Positions 26,906 through 37,414 of a DNA stretch of 64,000 nucleotides are shown here, piece by piece. Within the stretch, counting starts at the first letter, position 1. Every line of letters begins with the position of its first letter. Origin of the DNA: Clostridia bacterium. GTDB taxonomy: Bacteria > Bacillota > Clostridia > Oscillospirales > RGIG5299. Made by a program: the position numbers and the translations under genes. The stretch is from assembly GCA_017504945.1 (NCBI GenBank), contig JAFVQJ010000015.1:40842-104841 (forward strand), written 5' to 3'. The notes below the pieces were generated by a model. The model worked only from the letters and a program-made list of their open reading frames with translations, searched no databases and was not told the origin of the DNA.

Positions 26906-29437
26906 ATGAAGCTTCTCGTCATAGACGGTAACAGTATAATAAACCGCGCCTTTTACGGCGTTAAAAGCGCCCTTACCAATTCGGAGGGCGTTCCCACAAA
27001 CGCCGTTTACGGCTTTGCAAATCTCCTTTTAAAAACGGTTGCCGACTACGCGCCCGACGGTATCGTCTGCGCCTTTGACAGAAGAGAGCCCACCTTCCGC
27101 CACGAAATGTACAGTGAATACAAGGCGACCCGAAAGGGTATGCCCGAGGAGCTTGCGGTGCAGATGCCGCTTTTGAAAAATCTGCTTGCCGCAATGGATA
27201 TAACCTGTCTTGAGCTTGCGGGCTACGAGGCGGACGATATTATAGGCACCGTCTCCGAGCGCGGAAGGGAAAAAGGCGTCGACTGCATTATTTTAACGGG
27301 CGATAAGGACGACCTTCAGCTTATTACCGAAAACACCAAGGTCGCACTCACCGTAACGAAAAATCACGAAACGGTAACCGAGCTTATGGGCAAGGACGAG
27401 GTAATTGCCCGCTACGGCGTGGCTCCCGAAAAGCTTATCGAGGTAAAAGCCCTTATGGGCGACAGCTCCGACAACGTCCCAGGCGTTAAGGGTATAGGCG
27501 AAAAAAGTGCCTTCGAGCTTATTGCAAATTACGGCAGTCTTGAGGCGCTTTACGAAAATATTGAGGATATAAAGGGCAGCAAAAAGGAAAAGCTGCTTAG
27601 CGATAAGGATATGGCGTTTTTGAGCAAAACGCTCGTCACCATTGATAAAAACGTACCCGTCGAGCTTGATTTTGACAAGACGGGATATAACGTTACCGCA
27701 ACCGAAAAGCTTCTTTCGGCGCTTCGCTATCTCGGATTCAATTCGATAATCAAAAAGCTCGGCGCGCCCGATGAGAGTGAGAATATAAAGAGCGCAGATG
27801 CCGTTTGCAAAAAAGAGGTGTCTGCCGCCGAAATAATAAGGACCTTTTCGAAAAGCGAAGAGATAGCCCTCTTTTTAAAGGATGATATTCTCTATTTCAA
27901 AAACGGCTCGGAGCTTTTATTTATCGCCGCAGATAAGATCGGCGAAGCGGCACAGATAATTGAAAACGAGAATATTAAAAAGGTCACCTTCGGATTAAAG
28001 GAGCTTTACCGCCTCTGCCTTAAGAAAGATATCGTATTAAGAGGCGCGGAGTTTGACGCCGAAACGGCAGTCTACCTTTTAAATCCCTCGGCGTCCGGCT
28101 ATACCCTTTCGGGTGCGGTCTACGAGCTTTTGAAGACCGAGTGCCAACACGATGCCGATTGCGCCGTAAAGCTTTTTGAGCTTAAAGACGAGGCTGTTTC
28201 ACGTCTTGAAAGGCTCAATATGGAAAAGCTTTACCGCGAGATAGAGCTTCCGCTCACCAAGGTGCTTGCCGAGATGGAGCACAGAGGCTTTATGGCTGAC
28301 AAGGCGGCGCTTTTGTCCTACGGAGAAAGGCTCGGAGTCGAGCTTTCAGAGCTGACAGAGGCAATATATACCCTCGCGGGCAGAGAATTTAACATAAATT
28401 CTCCCAAGCAGCTCGGCGAGATACTTTTTGAGGAGCTTGGGCTGAAATCACGCAAAAAGACGAAAAGCGGCTATTCGACCGACGCCGCCACCCTTGAAAA
28501 GCTTAAAGGCGTTCACCCGATAGTAGAGCTGATACTGCAGTATCGCGGTGTGGCAAAGCTTAAATCCACCTATGCCGACGGGCTATTGAAGCAGATAGCC
28601 GACGACGGCAGAATACACTCAACCTTTTTGCAAACGGTTACGCAGACGGGCAGAATATCCTCAAAGGAGCCGAATTTGCAAAATATTCCCGTAAGAAAGG
28701 AAGAGGGCAGGGAGCTTCGCAAAATGTTTATCGCCAAGGAGGGATATTCTCTTATTGACGGCGACTATTCGCAGATTGAGCTTCGCGTTCTTGCCGACAT
28801 AGCGCGTGACCCCGAAATGCAGGACGCCTTCCTTCACGATGAGGATATACACACCAAAACGGCGGCAGAGGTATTCAATATGCATCCCGCATTCGTAACG
28901 CCGCTTATGAGAACGAGAGCCAAGGCGGTAAACTTCGGCATAGTTTACGGAATAGGCGACTACTCTCTTTCAGAGGATCTGAAGATATCCGTTTCAGAGG
29001 CAAGAAGCTATATAAAAAGCTATCTCGAGACCTATCACGGCGTGGCGGAATATATGGAAAAAACCGTTTCGAAGGCGAAGGAAAAAGGCTTCGTTACCAC
29101 GGCGTTTAACAGAATAAGATATATTCCCGAGCTTTCGGCGGCGAATAAAAATATCGTAGCCTTCGGTGAGCGAGTTGCGAGAAATACTCCCATTCAGGGC
29201 ACGGCGGCAGACATTATAAAGATAGCTATGATAAGAGTTTCCGACCGCTTTGAAAAGGAAAATATGCAAAGCAGGCTGATACTTCAGATACACGACGAGC
29301 TTATTGCCGAGTGTCCCGATACGGAAACGGAGAGAGCGGCGGCAATAATGAAAGAGGAAATGGAAAACGCGGCATCGCTCTCGGTTCCTCTCAAGGTAGA
29401 TATAAACGCAGGCAAAAGCTGGTTTGATGCAAAATAA
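26906..29437 (+). CDS. polA: DNA polymerase I
   Basis: The N-terminal 5'-3' exonuclease begins LLVIDGNSIINRAFYG. The C-terminal family-A polymerase carries DYSQIELRVLA, RTRAKAVNFGIVYG and QIHDEL. The start could be ATG 26906 or GTG 26897. Confidence 0.9.
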   Translation: MKLLVIDGNSIINRAFYGVKSALTNSEGVPTNAVYGFANLLLKTVADYAPDGIVCAFDRREPTFRHEMYSEYKATRKGMPEELAVQMPLLKNLLAAMDITCLELAGYEADDIIGTVSERGREKGVDCIILTGDKDDLQLITENTKVALTVTKNHETVTELMGKDEVIARYGVAPEKLIEVKALMGDSSDNVPGVKGIGEKSAFELIANYGSLEALYENIEDIKGSKKEKLLSDKDMAFLSKTLVTIDKNVPVELDFDKTGYNVTATEKLLSALRYLGFNSIIKKLGAPDESENIKSADAVCKKEVSAAEIIRTFSKSEEIALFLKDDILYFKNGSELLFIAADKIGEAAQIIENENIKKVTFGLKELYRLCLKKDIVLRGAEFDAETAVYLLNPSASGYTLSGAVYELLKTECQHDADCAVKLFELKDEAVSRLERLNMEKLYREIELPLTKVLAEMEHRGFMADKAALLSYGERLGVELSELTEAIYTLAGREFNINSPKQLGEILFEELGLKSRKKTKSGYSTDAATLEKLKGVHPIVELILQYRGVAKLKSTYADGLLKQIADDGRIHSTFLQTVTQTGRISSKEPNLQNIPVRKEEGRELRKMFIAKEGYSLIDGDYSQIELRVLADIARDPEMQDAFLHDEDIHTKTAAEVFNMHPAFVTPLMRTRAKAVNFGIVYGIGDYSLSEDLKISVSEARSYIKSYLETYHGVAEYMEKTVSKAKEKGFVTTAFNRIRYIPELSAANKNIVAFGERVARNTPIQGTAADIIKIAMIRVSDRFEKENMQSRLILQIHDELIAECPDTETERAAAIMKEEMENAASLSVPLKVDINAGKSWFDAK

Positions 29438-29454
29438 GATTTAAAGGATAAATT

Positions 29455-31368
29455 ATGTTTTTCGATACCGTAATTTTTGATTTCGACTATACTCTCGCAG
29501 ACGGCACCGACGCTATCGTTGCCTGCTATAACTACGCCTTTTCAAAGCACGGATATCCGGACGGTGAGCGTGAGGCGGTGCGCCGCACGGTAGGCAAAAC
29601 GGTGCGCGATTCGATAAGGGAGCTTACCGGCTGTAACGACCTTCAAAGCATTGAGGATATGCGTCTTTTGTTTCGCGAAAAGGCAGACGAGATACTTGCA
29701 AAGCAGACCTATCTTTATAACGACACCGTCCCGATGCTGAATTTATTAAAGGAAAAGGGAATAAAGATCGCAATAGTTTCCTCCAAGGAAAAGATAAGAA
29801 TAGAGGAATCTCTGGGGATCGGCGGAGCCGACGGACTGATAGACCTTATAATCGGCGTTTCGAGCGCGCCCGAGCCAAAGCCCTCGCCCGTTGGCGTTAA
29901 AATGGCAATGGGGGAGCTTCTTGCGGAAAAGGCGCTCTACGTGGGCGACAGTCTTATTGACTTTGAAACTGCAAAAAACGCAGGGCTTCCCTTTGCGGCG
30001 GTAACCACGGGAACCACCGCGAAGGATGATTTTATTCTTGCAAATTCAGACGGTGCCGTAAACATCTTCGGTATTTTCGAAAGCCTCACAGAGCTTACGA
30101 AAAGCCTTTTTAAAGAGAGGACTCTTTACGTTACCGATATCGACGGCACCTTAAAAGAGGGCAGAGAGGCAATAGACGCTAAAAAAAAAGAGCTTTTGAA
30201 TAAGGCTGCCGATAACGGCGTGCTTTTCACGGCGGCAACGGCAAGAGGAGTAAGCTCCGCCCTTTGCGCGCTTGACGGAATAAAGCTCACCGCACCGCTT
30301 ATAACTCTTTCGGGTGTTGAATATTATAACGCAAAAAGCGGAAGGCTCAAAAGATATCCGCTTCCTGAAAAAACGGCAGTAAAAATAGAAAAAGAGGCGT
30401 TCTCTCTCGGACTTGAGGTCTTTTGCTATAAAACGGTGAGGGGCGATAAAACGCTTTACATATATCATCGCGAGCTTAAGAGCGATAGCGCAAGGCGCTT
30501 TAAGGATATGCGAAGCAAGGTAAACGGACAGCTCTTTTGTGAAAAGAGCGCATTTCCCCTTTCGGAAAACGAAGATATAGTTTACCTTGTGGTTATAGGC
30601 GATGAAAACGCCGTTTTAAAGCTTGAAAATACCGCTTTGCAAAGCACGGAGGTCGCCACCGAGCGCTTCTCCGAAAGCGGCACGGGAGTTTGCTACCTTG
30701 AGATTTTTTCAAAAGAGGGCGGCAAGGGAAATGCCGCGGAAAGAATAAAAAACGAGGTATTTGCAGACCGCGTAGTAGCCTTCGGCGATAATTTGAACGA
30801 CCTTTCTTTTAAATCGGTATCTGACGAGCTCTATACCGTTGAAAGCGGTCTTTCAAGGCTCAAGCAATCAGCCGACGGCGTTTTGAAAAACGGCTGTGTT
30901 GCCGATTTTATTGCAAGCCGCGCGGGCGTGTGCGACGGAATTGAAATATCTCTTGCAACGGCAGAGGATATACCGTATATAGAAAAGCTTGAAAGAAGGT
31001 TTTTTGCCGAGGCATACGGTGCAAGACTGCTTTTAAAGGCACTTGAGAGCGAAAGCTCTTATATAATCACGGCAAAGGAATTCGGTGCCGTTTCGGGATA
31101 TATCATCGCCGACGTATATGCCGATTTTGCCGAGATAGATAAAATACTTACCCTTCCCTCGTGCCGCGGCAGAGGTATTGCAAAAAGGCTTCACAAGGAG
31201 CTCGTTAAGACGGCGCTTGAAAAGGGAAGCGAAAAAATATTGCTCGAGGTGCGCTCGAAAAACAGTGCGAGAGCCTTTTACGAAAAGCTCGGATACACCG
31301 TTGACGGCGTGCGAAAAAATTATTACAGGGACGACGACGCAGTTTTGATGTCGCTCAAAATAAAGTAA
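29455..31368 (+). CDS. Tripartite fusion protein: HAD phosphatase + Cof-type HAD-IIB phosphatase + RimI-like GNAT acetyltransferase
   Basis: Residues 1-215 carry the DFDYTL HAD motif I and GDS..D. Residues ~225-480 carry DIDGTL and GDNLND (Cof-like). Residues ~490-637 carry the GNAT core (RGRGIAKRLHKEL...A.AFYEKLGY), as in RimI. The gene lies directly upstream of tsaD. Confidence 0.7.
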   Translation: MFFDTVIFDFDYTLADGTDAIVACYNYAFSKHGYPDGEREAVRRTVGKTVRDSIRELTGCNDLQSIEDMRLLFREKADEILAKQTYLYNDTVPMLNLLKEKGIKIAIVSSKEKIRIEESLGIGGADGLIDLIIGVSSAPEPKPSPVGVKMAMGELLAEKALYVGDSLIDFETAKNAGLPFAAVTTGTTAKDDFILANSDGAVNIFGIFESLTELTKSLFKERTLYVTDIDGTLKEGREAIDAKKKELLNKAADNGVLFTAATARGVSSALCALDGIKLTAPLITLSGVEYYNAKSGRLKRYPLPEKTAVKIEKEAFSLGLEVFCYKTVRGDKTLYIYHRELKSDSARRFKDMRSKVNGQLFCEKSAFPLSENEDIVYLVVIGDENAVLKLENTALQSTEVATERFSESGTGVCYLEIFSKEGGKGNAAERIKNEVFADRVVAFGDNLNDLSFKSVSDELYTVESGLSRLKQSADGVLKNGCVADFIASRAGVCDGIEISLATAEDIPYIEKLERRFFAEAYGARLLLKALESESSYIITAKEFGAVSGYIIADVYADFAEIDKILTLPSCRGRGIAKRLHKELVKTALEKGSEKILLEVRSKNSARAFYEKLGYTVDGVRKNYYRDDDAVLMSLKIK

Positions 31369-31381
31369 AAAGGAAACGGAA

Positions 31382-32383
31382 ATGAAGATACTCGGAATTG
31401 AAACGAGCTGTGACGAGACCGCCGCCGCGATAGTGGAGGACGGCAGAAAAATAATCTCGTCATCGGTGGTAACTCAAATAGAAGTACATAAGCTTTACGG
31501 CGGCGTCGTGCCCGAAATTGCATCGAGAATGCACACCGAGTCGTTAAACGCCGTATGTAAGAAGGCGCTTTCGGAGGCAGACCTTAACTACTCGGATATC
31601 GACGCCGTGGCGGTAACCTACGCGCCCGGACTCATCGGAGCGGTGCTCACGGGCGTTTGCTTTGCAAAGGGACTTGCTTACAGCCTCGAAAAACCGCTTA
31701 TTCCCGTCCACCATATAAGAGGGCATATTTCGGTGCTTTATACCGAATTCAAGGAGCTTACCCCTCCCTTTCTTGCAATTTGCGCCTCGGGCGGACATAC
31801 CAGCATAATTTTGGTAAAGAGCTACACCGAGTTTGAGCATATAGGCAGAACGCGTGACGATGCCGCAGGCGAAAGCTTCGATAAGGCGGCAAGAGTTTTA
31901 GGTCTTTCCTATCCGGGCGGTCCCGAGATAGATAAGCTTGCCAAGGCCGGCAACGAGAGGGCGTATAAGATACCGATTGTAAGCTTTGAGGAGAACCCCT
32001 TCGATTTTTCCTTTTCGGGTGTTAAGACCTTCGTTATAAACCTTGCCCACAGCGCAAGTCAGCGCGGCGAGGAGATAAATAGAGAGGATCTTGCCGCCTC
32101 CTTCAATTACACGGTGGCAAAAACTCTCGGCGATAAGCTCATTTCCGCCGCAAAGCACTATAAAATAGATAAGATCGCGGCAGTCGGCGGTGTTTCCGCA
32201 AACGACAGACTCCGCGCCTACTTAAAGGAGCAGGCGGATAAAAACGGACTTTCGCTCTATATTCCTCCGAAAAAGCTTTCGGGCGATAACGGCGTTATGC
32301 CGGCGGCGCAGGGCTACTTTGAATATCTTTCGGGAAATACGGCGGGGCTGGACTTAAACGGCTACGCCACAATGGAGATATAA
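31382..32383 (+). CDS. tsaD: tRNA N6-adenosine threonylcarbamoyltransferase TsaD
   Basis: Contains ILGIETSCDETAAAIV, HHIRGH and GGVSAN, all canonical Kae1/TsaD motifs. Confidence 0.92.
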   Translation: MKILGIETSCDETAAAIVEDGRKIISSSVVTQIEVHKLYGGVVPEIASRMHTESLNAVCKKALSEADLNYSDIDAVAVTYAPGLIGAVLTGVCFAKGLAYSLEKPLIPVHHIRGHISVLYTEFKELTPPFLAICASGGHTSIILVKSYTEFEHIGRTRDDAAGESFDKAARVLGLSYPGGPEIDKLAKAGNERAYKIPIVSFEENPFDFSFSGVKTFVINLAHSASQRGEEINREDLAASFNYTVAKTLGDKLISAAKHYKIDKIAAVGGVSANDRLRAYLKEQADKNGLSLYIPPKKLSGDNGVMPAAQGYFEYLSGNTAGLDLNGYATMEI

Positions 32384-32386
32384 AAT

Positions 32387-33103
32387 ATGAAAACTGTTGT
32401 AATAACGGGTGCCTCGAGAGGCATAGGAGCCGAAACGGCAAGACTTTTTTCAAAAAACGGCTATAACGTGGTAATAAATTATAATAAGAGCGAGCAAGCA
32501 GCCTTTAAGCTCGCCTCGGAGCTTGAAAACGCCGTGGCGGTAAAGGCAGACGTATCGACCGAAGGCGGAGCAAAATTTTTGATAGACGAGGCTCTTCGCA
32601 TCTTCGGAAGCGTTGACGTTCTCGTTAACAACGCGGGCGTTTCAATGAAAAAAATGCTGTGCGATACCACTCTTGACGATTGGAAGCGCCATTTTGAAAT
32701 AAACGTCGAATCGGTCTTTCTCTGCTCAAAGGCGGCAAGCGAGATAATGGTGCGAAACAAGTGGGGCAGAATAATAAACGTTTCGTCGATGTGGGGCATA
32801 AAGGGCGGCTCCTGCGAGGTCTGCTACTCTGCGGCGAAGGCGGCGGTGATAGGCTTTACCAAGGCACTCGCCCGTGAGCTCGGCCCCTCGGGAATAACGG
32901 TAAACGCCGTAGCACCGGGACTTATTGATACCGATATGAACGCCGACCTCACGAAAGAGGACAAGGAAATGATAATAGACGAAACTCCCGTTTCGAGAAT
33001 AGGCACGGCAGCAGACGTTGCCTTAGCGATCCTTTATCTCGCAAGCGACGGCGCCTCCTTTGTGACTGCGCAGGTCATCTCTGCAGACGGAGGTCTGATA
33101 TAA
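32387..33103 (+). CDS. Short-chain dehydrogenase/reductase (3-oxoacyl-ACP reductase-like)
   Basis: TGASRGIG cofactor motif, NNAG, and the YSAAK catalytic motif. Confidence 0.75.
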   Translation: MKTVVITGASRGIGAETARLFSKNGYNVVINYNKSEQAAFKLASELENAVAVKADVSTEGGAKFLIDEALRIFGSVDVLVNNAGVSMKKMLCDTTLDDWKRHFEINVESVFLCSKAASEIMVRNKWGRIINVSSMWGIKGGSCEVCYSAAKAAVIGFTKALARELGPSGITVNAVAPGLIDTDMNADLTKEDKEMIIDETPVSRIGTAADVALAILYLASDGASFVTAQVISADGGLI

Positions 33104-33148
33104 AACGGAATATCCCCGCCTCATTCGGCGGGGATATTTGTTTACCGC

Positions 33149-33985
33149 TTATCTTTGCTTGTTGCAGCCGTTGTTACAGCCGCAGCCTGCGCCGCTTCCG
33201 TCGGTAAAGAGAGCTTTGTTTTTAAGAGGCGGGAAAAATTCCTCGGTGGGGAATTTGAGCCTCTTAAAGAGCTCGCAGGGCTCCTTGTCGGTGCCGGGAC
33301 ATTCCTTGCAGGGAACGCAGAAATCGTAGGCGGGAATAAGCATCTGAACCTCGCGCTCAAGTCTTACCATAGAGAAAAGACCGAGTGTAACGAGAAGCTT
33401 GTTTTTCTCGCAGCTGTCAACCAGCTCGTCGTCGAAGCAGTTGCAGATAAATGCGGGAAGAGCTGCAACGTCGCACTCACAGCAGCAACAGTTGTCGCAG
33501 GGGTCTATCACCTTGGTGGCAAGGGCGAGCGGATCGACTGCCTCAACTACCGCCTTGGGCAGATTTGTCTTTTCGGGATACTGAAAATCGTATTCGCCGG
33601 GTGTTGCGAGAGAGGAGAAGATGCGCGCATTTCCGTTTGAACCGTAAAGAATGACCTTTTTGTCGGCAACGGCAAGACCCTCTATCTGAGTAGGTCTGCC
33701 CACGCCGCAAAATGCGTCGAAGGTAACTCGGAAGAAGAATTTGAGGTCCACGGTATAAAAACCGTCGTTGAAGGGGACTTCCTCGACGTCAATGTAAACC
33801 CAAATGACCTCAGCCGATCTTGCCTTGATGTTTATTGCTCTGTCGGCAACGCTTTGTCCCACTCTGGTGAGATAGACGCGCACGTCCTCAAAGCAGTCCT
33901 TGTCCTTGCAGCAGTCGTATATGCGGCTCGAGTTTATGCAGACCGATTCCTTGGCATTACCCGTAAAATATCTGTTGTCAGCCAT
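33149..33985 (-). CDS. Cysteine-rich hypothetical protein
   Basis: 278 aa counted from ATG 33985, which has an AGGAGG RBS 7 nt upstream. Cysteine clusters include CCKDKDC, CDNCCCCECD, CNC, CVPCKEC and GCGCNNGCN. No family was recognised. Confidence 0.5.
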   Translation of the reverse strand: MADNRYFTGNAKESVCINSSRIYDCCKDKDCFEDVRVYLTRVGQSVADRAINIKARSAEVIWVYIDVEEVPFNDGFYTVDLKFFFRVTFDAFCGVGRPTQIEGLAVADKKVILYGSNGNARIFSSLATPGEYDFQYPEKTNLPKAVVEAVDPLALATKVIDPCDNCCCCECDVAALPAFICNCFDDELVDSCEKNKLLVTLGLFSMVRLEREVQMLIPAYDFCVPCKECPGTDKEPCELFKRLKFPTEEFFPPLKNKALFTDGSGAGCGCNNGCNKQR

Positions 33986-34133
33986 ACTTTTGTCCTCCTT
34001 GAAGATTTTGAAATTCAAAAGGGCATATAACCCTCAATCCATATTATGCCACAGCGCAAAAGAGGGTGATAAAAAAGTAATATTTTTCAAAAAGGAAAAT
34101 ATATATTAGTAAAACAGATTGAAGGGTGATAAT

Positions 34134-34634
34134 ATGGTCGTTTTTTCATTTAAAATGACGAAAGCGAAGCTGAGTCTTGCTTTGTTTTGTATAGTCGCGG
34201 TGCTGATTACCGCAACGGCGGTGGCAGACTCGGTTGCAAAAAATTCCGAAACGGTAAAAAGCATGGCAGGAGTTACAAATGAGGACAGAATAACCTTTCT
34301 CACCGGCAAGGGCTGGGAGATAGTTGCAAATCCCGTTGAGATAAGGGAGATAACGGTTCCCAAGGAATTCGATGCCGTTTACACCGAATATAACAATATT
34401 CAGAAAAGCGTGGGCATGGACCTTTCGGCATACAGAGGAAAAACGGTAAAGCGCTACAGCTACGAGGTGATAAATTACCCCGACGGCGATGAAAAGCACG
34501 TTGTGGCAAACCTTATGGTGCTTGAAGGCAAGATAATCGGCGGCGATATATGCAGCACCGCCCTCGACGGCTTTATGCACGGACTTACCGATATAAATTC
34601 GGTTAAAACGGCACTTATGCAAAGACCCGAATAG
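34134..34634 (+). CDS. DUF4830-like membrane-anchored protein
   Basis: An N-terminal TM helix is followed by a GWEI....E..IPKEF..VY..YN..Q-like pattern. The family name is from memory. Confidence 0.5.
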   Translation: MVVFSFKMTKAKLSLALFCIVAVLITATAVADSVAKNSETVKSMAGVTNEDRITFLTGKGWEIVANPVEIREITVPKEFDAVYTEYNNIQKSVGMDLSAYRGKTVKRYSYEVINYPDGDEKHVVANLMVLEGKIIGGDICSTALDGFMHGLTDINSVKTALMQRPE

Positions 34635-34642
34635 CTTTATTT

Positions 34643-34738
34643 CCCCGCCTCAAACGAGGCGGGGAAAAATTTTTTTAAAATATTGTCAGCTTTTTGCCGT
34701 CTTATGCGTTTTATAGGTAGAGGATTAAAAATCCCGAT
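34643..34738 (+). repeat. Direct repeat copy 1 (terminator hairpin + 62-nt conserved element)
   Basis: CCCCGCC..GGCGGGG hairpin, T-run, then AAAATATTGTCAGCTTTTTGCCGTCTTATGCGTTTTATAGGTAGAGGATTAAAAATCCCGAT. The 62-nt core is identical at 38224-38286. Confidence 0.85.
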
Positions 34739-34910
34739 TAAACGGAGTCAAAGCTTTTTATCTGTCGATGTAAATTTCTTGACGAATAGAGGGTGATTTG
34801 CTACAACGGAAACGGGGGAATTTTCCTTAAATTTTTGAAAGGGGTGATTCCAATGGTGCATTTGGAAGAGGAAGAATCATTTCATTTAATATTGAAAGGA
34901 AGAAAAACTT

Positions 34911-37412
34911 ATGAGAAGACTAAAACGATCACTTGTCTTTCTTACGGTAACCGTAATGCTTTGCGGCTCGCTTCTTTCCTTTGCAACGGCTTATGCAAAT
35001 GAAGCCGTAAACGAAACGGAGCCGTTGATTAGCGAGCCGATCACCGACGTTCCGGCAATAGCGAGTGTAGGCGCAAGCGAGATAGAGAGCGGTAAAATTT
35101 ATCGCATAAAAAATGCAAACAGCGGTCTTTATTTGGCATTGCCGGGAAACGATGCAGATCTTTCAAACATAAACCTTGCCGTAAAAGATAATTCTGCATT
35201 AAATCAACAGTTCAAGATAGTTTATGACGAAACCTACGGCTTTTACCGCATCCATACGATGATGAGCTCGTTTGGCACAAACAGAGTGTTGGATATCTTC
35301 AGCAATCCCAATTCGCCGCCCGCAAACGGAAGAAACGTTCACATTTACGTTATTGAAATAATTGAAAATTTCAACTCTTACGGTTGGCAGATAAGTGACG
35401 TTGGCAACGACAAGGTAAAAATTTGCGCCGATTACAACGAATCACTTGCACTCACCGCCGCCGCGGGAGGAACGGCTGCGGGAACCAACGTTTTGGTAAA
35501 TACCTATAGCGGAGCAGAGCATCAGAAATGGATACTTGAAGAGGTAGTAAGCAACGCCGGCACAAACGCAAACGTCTCGTCACTTGTTGACGGCGGAATA
35601 TACAGAATAAAGGATTTTAGCGGAAATTACCTTACGGTAGCACCTAACACCGCCGGAAATTTCGACGTAACACTGAATAACGTTGAGATGCGTCCTGCCG
35701 TGGCACATTTGTGTCAGGAATTCAAGGTAGAGCTGAACCCCGATGGAAGCTACTATATAAGAGCAATGATCTCGAGCAACGGCACGAACAGGCTTATAGA
35801 CGTTTACAGCTCGAATATAGATCAGATAGTAAACGGAGCAAACGTGCATCTGCATCATCCGGGAGATGAAAACTCGAGCCGATGGAAAATAGAGTATATG
35901 TCTGTTGTGCGCTCTTTTTCAATAAAAATCGCCTGCAAGACAAATCTCGGAATGGCAGTTAGCGGCACCAACGTGCAAATGGCGTCCTTCCACGGCGGCT
36001 TGAGCCAGCAGTGGTTCTTCGAGCCGGTATCGTCAATCGTTTTAATCAATAACGCGCCCACAACGTCACTGCTTACCGGAGAAACCCACCAGCTTACAGA
36101 ATACGTCTATCCTCCGCAAGCCGTTACTTGGTCCTCATCAAATACGTCTGCTGTAAAAGTTGACTCCAACGGCTTGGTTTTTGCCGTAGGTGTAGGACAG
36201 GCAATAATAACCGCAACAACTGCTGCAGGCGATTATGACCAAGTAACAATATCAGTGTTACAGCCTCAAATAGTCCAATATTTAGGAATATATAAATTCA
36301 AAACATCAAACGACAAATATTTATATTCGTATATGGACACTTCAGGCAATCCAATTGTTGGACTCAAGGAGCCGTTAATTGATGATTACGGAAATCTTGT
36401 TGAGGATTCAAGCGTATTATGGGCAATAGCGGAGTTAAATAACGGTTATTATTCTGTTATATCTATGAATACTCGCGCGTACGGTTCACCAACGTACGGA
36501 TATAGCGAATATGCTTTACAATATTCCGAAAACGGCACTGTTTCAGTTGGACCGCTTTATTATTACGCCTCGCAACAATGGGATTTAACCCTTGACTTGG
36601 AGTATTGGGAAGTTTGGTTTGAATGCGTAAACAGTATAAACGGTCTTACAGTCGATAGCGACGATACTGTATCAACGGGAGTTTATTCGGAGTGCTTTGA
36701 CGTTGAAGAGTATGTTCCCTCTTGCTATTTTGGCGGAACGTACACCAGAGGATTAACACAAGTAAACGGAGAAAACCATTTAGACGTTGCGATTTTTATA
36801 AGTGAAGATATCCTTAATGGCTTGAATATTTCATATACACCCGTTAGCTATAACTATGCAACCGAAACGGCAACCTTCACGGAAATTCCGTATTATAGCT
36901 TTCTGAAAGAATGGGCTAAATTTACGGATAACCTTACAATTAAGATTTATCCGTATGACCCGGATGACTTAAATGAATATAGTGTATTAAACCCGTTTTT
37001 GTATTTCGATGATTCATTTTTAGTATTTGTTAATAAGAAACAATATCCTGCATATGGAGTTACGTATGGTTACAATTTGCCGTCAACTGCAAAATACTTC
37101 GAACCAAAAGATAGATTAGAAGGTTTGGATGTTAATATTAATGTTGCTGAAATAGTGCTGAATAATGTGTCAACAAATGGTTATAATTACTTCGAATTAT
37201 CGACGGTTGAACAAAAAGCTGTTTTGACACATGAGTTGGGTCACGCCTTGAAATTGAAACACCCAAACGAGGTAAAATCAGAAATAACTAACAAATTGGT
37301 AGATAAACCGTATTTTATTCCCACTTCTGTGATGAATAATCGTTTATTAAAATCCACTTGCATTCTCACTGCACACGACCACTTGACTTTAAAAGCAAAA
37401 TGGGGGATTTAA
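34911..37412 (+). CDS. Secreted multi-lectin protein with a C-terminal metzincin-like zinc metallopeptidase domain
   Basis: A signal peptide is followed by two ricin-B-like beta-trefoil modules with QxW-type motifs (QQFKI, QKWIL, SRWKI, QQWFF). A Big_2-like Ig domain follows (VTWSSSNTSAVKVDSNGLVFAVGVGQAIITATT). The C-terminal domain carries HELGHALKLKH (37230-37262) and a downstream SVM Met-turn-like motif. Composition drops from ~55-58% GC to ~30% GC near 36240, judged from my counts on sample lines. Confidence 0.75.
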   Translation: MRRLKRSLVFLTVTVMLCGSLLSFATAYANEAVNETEPLISEPITDVPAIASVGASEIESGKIYRIKNANSGLYLALPGNDADLSNINLAVKDNSALNQQFKIVYDETYGFYRIHTMMSSFGTNRVLDIFSNPNSPPANGRNVHIYVIEIIENFNSYGWQISDVGNDKVKICADYNESLALTAAAGGTAAGTNVLVNTYSGAEHQKWILEEVVSNAGTNANVSSLVDGGIYRIKDFSGNYLTVAPNTAGNFDVTLNNVEMRPAVAHLCQEFKVELNPDGSYYIRAMISSNGTNRLIDVYSSNIDQIVNGANVHLHHPGDENSSRWKIEYMSVVRSFSIKIACKTNLGMAVSGTNVQMASFHGGLSQQWFFEPVSSIVLINNAPTTSLLTGETHQLTEYVYPPQAVTWSSSNTSAVKVDSNGLVFAVGVGQAIITATTAAGDYDQVTISVLQPQIVQYLGIYKFKTSNDKYLYSYMDTSGNPIVGLKEPLIDDYGNLVEDSSVLWAIAELNNGYYSVISMNTRAYGSPTYGYSEYALQYSENGTVSVGPLYYYASQQWDLTLDLEYWEVWFECVNSINGLTVDSDDTVSTGVYSECFDVEEYVPSCYFGGTYTRGLTQVNGENHLDVAIFISEDILNGLNISYTPVSYNYATETATFTEIPYYSFLKEWAKFTDNLTIKIYPYDPDDLNEYSVLNPFLYFDDSFLVFVNKKQYPAYGVTYGYNLPSTAKYFEPKDRLEGLDVNINVAEIVLNNVSTNGYNYFELSTVEQKAVLTHELGHALKLKHPNEVKSEITNKLVDKPYFIPTSVMNNRLLKSTCILTAHDHLTLKAKWGI

Positions 37413-37414
37413 TT

